This document shows positions 22,501 to 34,700 of a DNA stretch of 64,000 nucleotides, piece by piece (position 1 is the stretch's first letter; each line of letters starts with the position of its first letter). The notes below the pieces were generated by a model that saw only the letters and a program-made list of their open reading frames with translations, was not told the origin of the DNA and searched no databases. Origin of the DNA: Antedon mediterranea (Eukaryota; Animalia; Echinodermata); assembly GCF_964355755.1 (NCBI RefSeq), contig NC_092672.1:38260437-38324436 (forward strand). The letters run 5' to 3'. The translations under genes were made by a program, and so were the position numbers.

Positions 22501-25500
22501 ATCTCCATATTTGGCCTATTTTTGAAAAAAAAAAAAAGAAGTAAATACAAGATATAATACCTATAAACAAATTAATATTTTAAATTAATGTTTTATTAAT
22601 GTAAAATGTACGCTTTATTAGTAACATCAAAATTGCTCACTGCTTGGTCAAACCTTGCTTTTAAATCTCCTCCAGTTACCAAGGTGACGGGCCTGGTGCT
22701 GTCCAATAATTTCGTGTATTTGATAATATTCCTAATAGAAAATATAATAATTAGTTAAATTAGAAGGTATGAGGTGCAAATAGTGCATTATTTGACTAAA
22801 TTATTTATATTATAAAATGTACACTATAAACACATTTGTCACCTCTCCGTAATAATAAAATATGTATTTATTAACCCTCACTTCATATAAGGCCCAGCTA
22901 CCGCCAGTGTTGAGTTGGGCTCATTTGCTACAGACCACATCACAACACTTGGATGGTTCTTGTCTCTGCTTACAAGCTCTTCCATTACAGAAATATGATT
23001 ATAAAATGAGATGTCGCCAAAGTTTTCAGCTCTATGAAAGAAAAGTTAGAATATCCCTGGATGAGATAATTATTTTGATTGTATTGTTTACTACTGGTTT
23101 TTTTCTGAATCTCTTCTTTGGTTCCTTATTTTTTTTTATTGCAAGGGCGTACGCGCAGCTGCTGCGCAACGCAAGTGTCATGATTGGTCTGTAAGTGGGA
23201 ATTGAACCAGCCAATGGCAAGAGTTCAGCCTGCACACTAGGAGATACTTTTGTATTTGTAGGTTGGAGATGAGTATATTACTTCTTCATTCCGACAGCAG
23301 TAGACTCATCAATGACCACGATACCGTGCTCATCACAGAGGTCTAGTATCTCCTCTGCATACGGGTAATGATTGGTACGGAACGAATTGATTCCTAACCA
23401 TTTCATCAGGTTGATGTCTTTGACCATTATTGGATAATCAAAACCTCTTCCACGAATCTAAAAGTAATAATGAGTACTGTATAGCGTAAAAGATGGATTT
23501 ACCAGGGCTTAAAGGTTTTTACGCTTCGAATACGTGTACCAAACCTGTTGTAAAATTGTATCATTATTATTGGCTTAGTCTATTTTAATATGTTAACGCA
23601 CGCTATAAGCCGTTTTCCAAAAGGCGAATTTATTCGTGCGAATCAAACGCGTTTGCTTCACATGCGTTTCGTGAAACAGTACGCGATGTGTAACCAATCA
23701 GAGCCCAGCAATGTTCAATTCGCGTGAATAAATTCACCCAATGAAAACAGAGAGTATTATTACGTCAGCATCCTCGTGTTTGCCAATTCCAAGAAAGTAA
23801 AACGGTTTATCGTTTATCAAAAACTTTGTTTTATTCAACTTCACTGTTCGAATTCCCACGGGTAGATCGTAAACATCAAAACTCGTCTTGTCTTCAACTC
23901 TGACCTTTAATTATGATAATTCAAATAATAATAACATAATAATATAAGTAGACCTACATATTACATACATAATTATAATAACATACATATTGCCATTGTT
24001 TGTTGTTTTTTAGATTTTTATTGACGACAAAGCAACAAACAAAAATCAAGGATGTCCTTGAAAAAAATCAGCGTAGAATAATGCGCGTGTCAACAACCTT
24101 GGTGATGATCAAATCTGTTTTGTCTTTTTATTTACGAATTATTTGCAATTTATCACAAAATTTGCATGTGATACTGAACGAATTAAAGATTGATAATCCG
24201 GCTAATTTCTTTTTTAATGATGATCATATCAAACATGTTTGAGAAACACTGAGAAAGAAATTATTTAACCAATGTGTGCTATCAACTATGACATATGGTT
24301 CAGAGATATGGGCAATAACAAAGGAACTTGAACAGAAACTTACAACTACTTAAAGAGCAATGGAAAGAAAGATGATGAACGTATCGCTTCGAGACAGGGT
24401 AAATCATACAATCATCAGAAAAACACAGGTGTTACATATATAATGTGGAGAAAGTAAGACAGTCAAAATGGAGATGCGCTTGGCAAGTGGCAAGATTTCA
24501 AGATAATAGATGGACATACAGATTAACAGAATGGCAACCAAGCGTAGGAAAGAGGAAAAGAGGAAGACAGAAAAGAAGGTGGAGAGATGATCTAACAACA
24601 TACATTGGAACGGCTGCATGGACTAGGACAGCAAGAATTAGACAGAAATGGAAATGTTATGAGGAGGGCTTCATTCAACATATGCATGAACTATGCCTAG
24701 ATAGATATCAAACATGTTATAGACTTTTTCCGTATTGTATAGTTATTAGTATTATTATAGTTAGCCTTTCATTCAAAAGATAGGGCCTGCTATATTTACC
24801 TTAAGAGTATAAAGGTAAGCTGGATGATCACTCATTGTGTACGGCCACCAGAGATTAGCATTTGGAACAAGTAGTTGACCACTAGCCGTCTGACCAATAG
24901 CCACTTCGTGTCCGTCTGCATCCAACAACCGTATCTTGTAGCTAACCATGGATGAACAACCTGACCCCTTAACATGAATGACGTAATCGACCACACCTAT
25001 AAAACATGACATTAGTGATTACGCGCGTGTGCAAAAAATCGTCATAACATTTTTCCGTGGTGGTCACTGACTAGCAAAAATTGAAGATTTTTGCATAGTT
25101 AAAGATGTATTGTCCCCCTGAAAAAATAATTCTTAAAACATTTTTTGTTGAATATTCCATTTTAATGTAACACAATAGTTATCTACTTTGACCAAAAATT
25201 TGATCTAAAAAAAAAGGATTTACCTGAAAAAATGTAATTTAGAGCAAAAAATTGTCAAATTGACTGCCAGCCAATGGATTTTTTTGCTGAATTTAAACAT
25301 TTATTAGGTGATCATTTAGAATAAAATGATCACCTATTGTTATTGTATAAAATCTTTATTAGGTGATCATTTAGAATAAAATGATCACCTATTGTTATTG
25401 TATAAACACACGAATTAAATTCTAGTTTTTTCATTTTATAAGTGAACAAAATTTTTTTTTTTATTTTTTTTTCTATGGAAGTGATTAACTTCATTAAAAT

Positions 25501-28151
25501 TACAAAATAACATATTAAATGTCTGATTTAATTAATCTTAATTTTTCATGTTTTTGAGGGACAATACATCTTTAAAAGATGATTCATAAAAAAAGGCCAA
25601 GAGATAACTTTGACTTGAAGAAACATTTTTTACACCAACGCATGAGCGAAGAGAGAGTCAACAAGGCCAACAACCATAAGTAGCGTGCTCTCAGAAAATA
25701 ATGAACTTTCAAAAAGTAATTGTCTGTACATCAAAACAGTTCAAAAAGTACAGGAAAGCGATAAAACGCATAGTGATACCGGACCGACAGACAGACCGAC
25801 AGACCGACCGACATAGTGAACTATTGAGTCGCGTCCACCCACGCGACTAATTGTCTGTACATCAAAACAGTTCAAAAAGTACAGAAAATCGATAAAACGC
25901 ATAGTGATACCGGACCGACAGACCGACCGACATAGTGAACTGTAGAGTCACGTCCACCCACGCGAATAATTGTCTCTACATCAAAACAGTTCAAAAAGTA
26001 CAGAAAAGCGATAAAACGCATAGTGATACCGGACCGACAGACAGACCGACAGACCGACAGACCGACCGAGATAGTGAACTATAGAGTCGCGTCCACCCAC
26101 GCGACTAATTGTCTGTACATCAAAACAGTTCAAAAAGTACAGAAAAGCGATAAAACGCATAATGATACCATACCTCCATGGACAGACAGACCGACAGACC
26201 GACCGACATAGTGAACTATAGAGTCGCGTCCACGCAACTAAAAAAGTGAAGTGAATGTATAGCCTACCTGTTGCTTTCGTTACGTTAGTGACAACTGTGA
26301 TGTCATCGATATATAGGTTAGGTGTCGTGTGCAGTTTAACAGGACGATGTATTCCTGCGTAATTAAAGAAGTCCATGAAATAATTCTGTGCAAAATAGCC
26401 TTTAGGATACCTAGAAAAAAAATCGAAAATAAATAAAGATATAAATAATATGAAGAAAGATTTGGGTTATGGACTAATGCTTAAAGCAATTTTTACTTAT
26501 TTTGATCAGTGATCTTCTTTCACACATTGTCTTCTTCTCCCCCCTTTTTTCTAAAATACATCTGTTCTTTTTTGTTCAATGTGTGGAAAATAAATAAATG
26601 AAACAAAAAAAGTATTAATATACTATAATGAGATGGTGAGTCGAGAGACATACGTATAGAGATCAGATCATGTTAGATCATCCTCCTATAATTGTTATCA
26701 GAAAAAAAATAAAAACATAACGTGCGCGTTTGCAGAGAGGCCTTGGTACCATGACCAACCAACGACGTAAACTTTTTATTTTGTTTACAAGTTTTCAACT
26801 CACTTGTTTGGATTTCTCGGATACTTGATGGTGCCAGGTGGGAGAGTTTCGGGAGTTAGGGTATTGTTGATTGCAACTGTTATTCGATTAACACTACCAA
26901 ATTGTATTAACCGTGTGACCTCAGCTTGAAATGGAAGATGTCCGCCTTCATGAGAGACAATGTGTTGTCCATTTAACCACTTAAAAGAAGAATCAAAATA
27001 AAAACATAGACTAGAGCAGGTTAGACAATATCGCTTCAATGGTAAGACAAATATTTTGGTATACACGAGCTGAAATCTAACAATTAACTTTCAAATAAAA
27101 AAAATTAATAATCAATATTATACATTTTGGAAACACGCCGAACGTTTTGCAATTTTTAAAATAGTTTATATCAGCTCACGAAAAAATCCGTAAACGCAGT
27201 AGCTGATATAAACTTACGTATTACAAGACAATTGAAAATTATTAATTATGATGATGTAGGCCTACAGTAGTAATAATATTTGATAAGCATAGCAATACTA
27301 ATAATAAAATGTTTGTTGTTTATTAAGAAAGATGAGCACTTACCGCAGTAGAATGATAATGCGCACTTTCAAATTTAATGAATATTCTTTGTTTTACCAT
27401 TTTCCAGTGTTTTGGTGGAATAAAGTTCTTCTCATACCAAACGCAACCAACAAAATCTCGCAATTTTCGATCTTGAGTGATGTCATTGAAGCTGGACGGA
27501 ACTGGCATGTCAATGACCTCACCTGTCTGAATAACGTTGTGTATTCATAATAATATTGTAATTTCGACTAAACAATTTTGTAAACTTTTTTCTAAAAGAA
27601 ATCAACAAAAGTTGTTTATGGTAGGGCCACTCAGTTGCTTTTAAATACTGAAACCCTTTATTTGTCCATTATCATATAAAATAATAATAGAAATTCTTCT
27701 TAAAGATGCCAAATATATATTAGTACGAGAAAAGAACAGATATATATATAAAATATAAACAAAACATTAAAATATAGAATACACACATTATTGCTCAAAA
27801 CCTGAGACAACAATCAAAACTTAAGTTTAACAAACGACTACAATTTTGCAAGTTAATTAGCCATTACGTACATTATATATATAAAAAAAGAATACTGTAT
27901 CTTAATTAATTAGGTTACCATTTGAGGTATACTTTAATAAAAGAAAGCGTTTGGGGTATTACCTCTGACAGTGGTCTAATATGCCAACTCTCTTCAAACC
28001 CTAATTTGCTTCCATCTGAGTTGTCTGCTCTGAACTTCCATAGCCCGCCAAGTTCTTTAACTTCACGAGATTCCGTTTCTTTGGTGTACAGCATACATAA
28101 GGAATTTGAAAAGTAAGTAATGAATAACTGAATTAAAGTTGCTTTATACAT
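19538..28151 (-). CDS. GUSB: Beta-glucuronidase-like (GH2) paralog 2, with internal duplication of exons 6-10
   Basis: Exons 28151-27963, 27526-27344, 26979-26804, 26410-26268, 24996-24800, then block B 23904-23764, 23457-23282, 23031-22882, 22731-22641, 22515-22339, block A 21944-21804, 21497-21322, 21071-20922, 20771-20681, 20555-20379, then 19964-19829, 19704-19538. WSVANEP and AEYGAG retained; no stop codons seen in the exons. Confidence 0.9.
20326..24231. repeat. Tandem segmental duplication, 2 x 1946 bp (period 1960)
   Basis: 20326-22271 = 22286-24231 (identical ORFs offset by 1960; no differences spotted), separated by 14-bp filler TAATCATATCATAA. Confidence 0.97.
24240..24704 (+). 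mobile_element. 5'-truncated RTE-clade LINE
   Basis: Translates to [21 protein letters not shown]...RAMERKM and [42 protein letters not shown] (RTE C-terminus); 14-bp TSD ATATCAAACATGTT at 24226-24239 and 24705-24718; TAGA tail. Confidence 0.88.
25103..25571. mobile_element. Kolobok-like MITE (TTAA TSD)
   Basis: TTAA|AGATGTATTGTCCC...GGGACAATACATCT|TTAA; contains a ~55-bp direct duplication with hairpin AGGTGATCATTT/AAATGATCACCT. Confidence 0.75.
25660..26245 (-). mobile_element. Helentron/HINE-like element with ~125-135 bp internal tandem units x4
   Basis: Units TAATTGTCTGTACATCAAAACAG...GACCGACAGACC microsatellite...GAGTCGCGTCCACCCACGCGAC; minus-strand start TTTTTTAGTTGCGTGGACGCGACTC hairpin. 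Confidence 0.65.
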
Positions 28152-28757
28152 TGCGTACTGCTGCTTGTCTGTACTGTTTTTATATCTGAGGAAAATCTTT
28201 AAATAACATAATAATCATTCGCTTATAATAAAACCACCTCAAACACATGGAAAAAGTCTCACGCTGTTATAAAAATTGAGGGCGCTAAACAAAACACAAA
28301 AACACAGTTTCAATTTAGGCCGGTCTCAATCGTCTGCTGCGCGCGGCTAAATTACCTGCATTAAATGTTAGAATAACAGTGGGGTAGGTAAGAAATTAAA
28401 CAATTTTAGTCTGCTTATTGTTAATCTTTGATTGTTTATTGTGTCTTCGTTGAAAAGGCCAATTATGTAATAAGCTAGGGCAGGCGAGGGTCTTCGCTTG
28501 CTAGAGGGCCAGGTGATGAATATTGTAAGTGAAGACATATCTAGTAGAGCGTATAGTGAGAACGGTTTGGTGGTGGTGGGCGGGCCCTTTTTTACCTGGA
28601 TTCCGGGTGGTGCCTAGGCTAGCTAGAACAGATTGATTTAAGGGTAAGTTAATTTGGCACAGTTTAGTTTAGGCAATCAGTACAGTGTGTACTACAAGCA
28701 TAGATTAACAACACAAATGTTTTGTTTCAGTAATTTCTCCACATACTTTTATAAACT
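28152..28757. promoter_or_regulatory. Probable bidirectional promoter GUSB2/MYO18A
   Basis: Head-to-head start codons ~600 bp apart; CpG/GC elevated; GC box GGGCGGG ~28578; candidate 5'UTR intron acceptor TTTCAG at 28730. Confidence 0.6.
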
Positions 28758-31700
28758 ATGTTTAAACGGAAGAAGAAAGACAAGAGTGATAAGGAAAAGG
28801 TGGAGAAGAAAAGCAGTAAGAAAGACAAAAAACATGAAGAAAAAATGACAGTAGAAGAAATGAGAAGACTGCATGAGGCACAACAACGTTACCAAACACC
28901 ATCCAAAGATAAAAAAGGTAGTTTTCGTAGAGCGTTTGGCGCTGGTAAAGGTGATTCTAACGATACCGTTTCAAAGTCATCAGCTGAAGGATCCAATCGT
29001 AACTCGCTGATTAGTACGCGGTCAACAGACAGTGAAACTAGCCTGAACGCAGAAAAGCAAACTGATGCAGGGGGTCGACAGCTTCCAAATCCTCCAATAC
29101 CAAAACCAAGGACCAAAAGCATTTTAAAAATGAAGTCTAACTATGGACCAGATGAAATAGAGGGAACCGTGACCAAATTAAATGATAGTGGTTTGTTGGC
29201 AGAAAATACAATGTACAACGAACGTTTTTCTGATCTTGAAACTAAAGAGTCTTTACAGACGTCTGCACACAAATCGTCCGCGCCTTCACTCCCTCAATAT
29301 CAAGACAAGTATGCAGGTTTGGATTTAAGATTGCCTCCAATCATACCGCCAAAACCACCTCGTACTCGAGAAATTATTCTTCAACGACAAGGAAATGGTG
29401 GGTTTGGATTTTCCCTGCGGAGATCAAACATTGAGGAAAGGACGATGAATGGTGGTATTGTAAAACGAGTTATTCATTTTGCCGAACCGAGTGCGTCTAT
29501 TAAAGAAAATATGACTGGTCTTCTTCCGGGGGACCGGCTTATAGAAGTGAATGGATTTAATGTTGAAAACGCACCAAGAGAGGATATCATTCTAAAAATA
29601 AGGAGTTCTAGCGATATTGTTACGTTGAAAGTACAGCCAATAGCGGAGCTTGTTGAATTAAGTATTCGTTCCAGCTACGAAGGTAATGACGGTACACCAA
29701 AGAAAAGTGGGTCTTTACGTCGGAGTGGTAGTCTTAAATTTGCAAGAGGCAAGGTAAGAAGATCTAATTTTTTTAGCAAACAGTAAAATATTAATTTGTG
29801 TTTTAAACGTGGCCTTTGTAGTCACATGATGTACAATATTTAACATTAATTATTAATAAATTAATTTTATTCCAATTAACTATTTATTAAATTTAGTCCA
29901 TTTGCTAAATTTCTTGAAGTGTGCATTTCAGTAAAAGCTCCCTGGAGATTTATAAAGTTTCAATTTATTGATTGATAAAAGTGCATTCAAAGTTGTGTGA
30001 CTAAAAAAGTTAATTTTGCATCATGCAATTGTCAAACACATTTTTTTTAGTGCCAACTATACTGTTCCCTGGCCAGCTTTTAAAAAGCTGGTTTTCAGAT
30101 TTCCAAAGTTCAGGGAACATTTTCATTTAAATACATTAATTATCATTTTATAAATGAGCAAAAGGTAGTCTTATCAATATCAGGAAGGTATAAAAAAAAT
30201 AACCTCCCTGATCTTATCTAGCATTTGGATATGCTACATTTGGTAAAAATGTTCCATACAATATGTTCAACATAAACAGATGTCAGATGTGTACTGTAAT
30301 ACTAATTAATAGTGATAATAACAAAGAATTATTCTTTGTGTAATGTTACTGTGTCAAGTCTACATCTGTTATTGTCATTATCTCTACAAAATGAAAACTG
30401 TGTTTAACAGTATAGTACAACAACAGAATAATTAGATTTAAACAATATTATTGGATATTTCAAGTTCTGTACTCACTGTAGGTCCATTGTACAGTAGTCT
30501 ATAATAATAGTAAATTCACTGACAATATTTCCTAGATTTATACATTTTGTTTATAAGGAATACAGAAGAACTCCTTTTATGGTAATACCTTCGTACCCAA
30601 CGAAATGTCTAGTATTAGGGTGTCCTATCAATTGTGGTTGTCTACCATAGTTTTAAAACATACTGTTCCCTTCTTTCGTTTTGAATACTGTAGGAAAGTG
30701 TCCCCTGAATAGAAGTGTCCCCTGAACAGGATTGTCCCCTGAACAGGATTGTCCCCTGAACAGGATTGTCCCCTGAACAGGATTGTCCCCTGAACAGGAT
30801 TGTCCCCTGAACAGGATTGTCCCCTGAACAGGATTGTCCCCTGAACAGGAGTGTCCCAAAAGAGGGGTTTTAACTTTACTGTGTTTTTCCTCTGTCAAAT
30901 AACTGGTTGACATTACAGATTTATGGTAGTTACAATCAAAGTCCAAAACCTACTAATTTTAGTTTGAAGATTACAGTTCAAACATTCCTGAATTTAATTA
31001 GTTTGAGTTGTACACATTTTGTGCAGAATAAACTATACTACAGTTATTGAATTATGAAATACCATCATGTGGGATCAGTCCTCCACAGTAAAATGCCATA
31101 CCTAAAGCTATCAGGTTAACTCATTGTATTTGCTTTTACTTTAATCTATTTGTTTTGTGCGTCATAATTTGAAAGGCATTGTGTTTGACATGGTGCAACC
31201 CCAAAGATGTTATACCCTTTTTTTTACATTTTTTTGACAGTTTTATTTTCTATATTAGGACTGAAGCATAATCATAAAAGTGTATATGGTTTTATGAATG
31301 ACATTTCACCTGTCAAGTAGGTTTGACTTTCTAATTTTAATTTAGCCAAAGATTGAGTTTCACTTTGATTAGAAAGCTAATATCTTTAAAATAAACAAGG
31401 AATTAAAGTAACTGGTTAGAATGGCAGTCACCTGACCAAGGGCTTGATGTCTTTTGTTTCATTTTGTAATTAATGGATTACTGTATGATTACTGTATGGA
31501 TTACTGTATCATTACAGTACTGTAGATCAGGCATTCTTCTTCTGTAGGCTTACTTTAAATTAATTTTCTTTTAATTATACATAATTGTTTGTACAATGCG
31601 AGCAAACTGAAGTGAAGTTGGATTGGAGGGGCACACCATTCCTACTCTTGCCGCTCCTCAGCTCTCCACTTCCTTTGCTTTTGCATCATGTTTTTTTTTG

Positions 31701-34700
31701 TGTTCTGCTATTTGTCTGCTGGAAGGAATAAAATAAACCCACATTTGCTTGCGCAATAATATCACATTAAAACATAGTTCACTCATGGAGGTATACAATT
31801 AATTTTATACTTCTATGGTACACTGATACGGTTACTCTGTAGTACAGTATAGCTCTAAAATATCAGTGGTTATTTTCAAGATTTCCCTTAGGCACCAAAT
31901 GCGTTAAACAAGTTAGGTAATAATTACATAAGTGTGTTGCTATCCTTAGGTGGGCCTCCCTTAGTTTGTTGTTGTAATTGCCATTCAAATAAAGTCCATG
32001 TTTTGTTTGAATTTTTAAGCGTGCTTCAAAAACCAAAAATAGATCTTACTGCGGTTGGAATGAGGAAATAAATGAAGAGGATTTACACTAGATAAATTAT
32101 ACTATAGTTTTGTTTAGATATAATCTATAAATCATTGTAAAGATGCATTAAAAGCCATAGTGCTCTAGTACAGTACCAATAACTGCACACAAGGCTCAAT
32201 AGAATATCCTATCTCTTATCATTAAAATCATTCCCAAACCAATCAAATAGTTTGAACCAAAATTAATCTAGATTGAGGAAAGAAAGAAAATCTTTTTATG
32301 TTATCAATCCATGAGCCTAAAAAATAAATGCATGTGATAGTACATTAGACTGTATACAGTAGTACAGTATTGTACATTACACTTTACAGCTTCCTTGTCT
32401 GAATAGAATCGCTGTTGACCGTAAAGATATTTGAGTGAAATTTATTGTATTGTGTGAGTGAATATTTGTAAACTTGAATAGAATATCTGAATTAAAAGTA
32501 ATGAAATAATTCTGATGTAACAATAAAGTCTAAACAAACTAAAGCAATGCATTAATAGGTTGCGTGTGACATTAACAATTAAAAAGGGTCAAACAATAAA
32601 GAAATATAGGGAGATTATTATTATAAACTGTCAGTATGTTTTATTGACGGAACTACCATACTGTACATTGTCATTAGCAAGGGAATCATGAGTATTGGAG
32701 ACTTTAGTATAAAGGGCTCAATACAAAATATATGACCTATTGTGTACTTACAGGTACATTGCATTAATACTTTAATGCTTTATTTAGAATTTGTAGATAG
32801 ATTTATGAACCGAAAGTCCCTTCCATGACATCCCCACCCATCCCAACATACTGTATACGGATTTACTGTATGTATAATATTTAAACTGCACAGGACAATG
32901 TTTGCCAACTTTTACGGTATCCTCAAATCATCAACAGACCTACTGTATTGTACAGTAGACAGCATTGAGCCTGGGTCATAGATCTCTACAGTTCAGTTGT
33001 ACGCACATGGCTACCATGGTTTTCATGAGTTTACCAACTGCTGTGTCAGGCAGGGTTTTAAGACTTATTTATACATACTTACTGTGATCACTCAGATAAA
33101 TTCAATATTCTGCTCCACACACACCCTCATTAACATGTTTAATAATTCAACTGCTGTACTAAGATGAGTTCATGACTCATGATGAATATTAAAACAGCAA
33201 TTTATTATTATAATACCAACTTCTCTCTGTATGTTGTTTTAACTTGGTTCTCATGAATAATATTAAACACAATAATAAATCAATATCCAATCAGTTTTTT
33301 ATATTTCTTACTATAAACTAGTGTCTTTACCTTTGCTTTATATTTTGATATAATATTTGCAGTACACTGGCATGTATAATGCTTATGAAAAAAACTTTTG
33401 AGTTTTTCAATGTTTCGATCAATTTACTTTTACCCCTTTCACACCAACAGCGAAACTCCGGAGACACTCCGGAGACACCCCGGAGACACCCCGAAGTCAC
33501 TCCGGAGACACCCCGGAGTTGACGCCCCGCTGTTTGGTGTGAAAGGTAAAATCAAGCAACTCCGGAGTTTAAAACTGCGGGGTTGAACAGCTGAACATTC
33601 TCCGGAGAGCGAACTGCGGGGACACCGGTGTTTTGGTGTGAAAGGTACCAACATCAAACTCCGTAGTGTTTCAGGTCAAAAGGTCATCCTCACACGATCA
33701 CTCATTGCTTTAGTTTTATTTCAAATACTTTAAATATTTGTACAAAATATATAGCGGGTTCAAAAAATAATAAGTAGTATCAATAAAACATTATATTACT
33801 TCTGAGACTTTTGAAAGTAATTATTAAATTAAACATACTATTAATTAAAATGATTCTAATGATCGTCGCTATGTATTGTAAACAAACAAAATAGAGGGCG
33901 ACATTTACAATTTTATTTTATTGTTGCTAGGTTGGTGTGAAAGGGGTATCTCCGGAGTTTCTCGACGTTTTGAATGGTCATAAACCCCGGGGTGTCTCCG
34001 GAGACACTCCGGAGTTTTGGTGTGAAAGGGGTATATGATCGTCCTTAGGAGTGAGGTGTACCACAAACTTTATATCAACTTTTGATTTCGACATGCAAAC
34101 CTTCAAACAAAATTAGCTTTATATTACAGTACTGAAAAGAATTATTACTGTAAATGTTGGTTAAATGTTAGTTAAGTTGGTACAGTACCTGGTATGGAGG
34201 TAAAAGGTACAGTCGCTCTAGCCTGTACTTTGTTTTGAAGTACAGTACTCAGTATGTAAAATGTTTTTAGATTATACCAAAAGGGACATAAGCACTCTAC
34301 TCCCGAATCTTGGATAATCTACAAAAATGGTGGAAGGGTGCAACAAAATTAAGAGTATTGCTATTAACAATGCAATGCATCCATGTTCCCCTCGACCAAA
34401 ACATTACTACAATCCATGCAAGCAGTTCATTTGACAAAATTAATAACATTAACACTGTTTATGATACAGTTGCAGTAAATATGCTTTCAAATAATCTAAT
34501 AAAACGTAAAGTGTACAGCTTTATGAAACCTGTAGTTTGTGCAATGCAGATTTACAATTATGATAGCATAACAGCTGTAGAAATCTAGGCTACGATGGTT
34601 TGTTATTAATTAAATGCGATGATGCTTATTTTGTAATTTCCTTTTAATCTACCGATAGTATAATAATTGTGTTGGCATGCATTGTCTTTTGTAGGTGTAT

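Noticed and set aside
20352-23235. Plus-strand ORFs of 81 and 110 aa, each present twice
   Set aside because: Antisense shadows of GUSB2 exons within the duplication.
13353-28151. Horizontal transfer of bacterial uidA
   Set aside because: Both genes have 12-exon animal GUSB-like structure with shared intron positions and signal-peptide-like N-termini.
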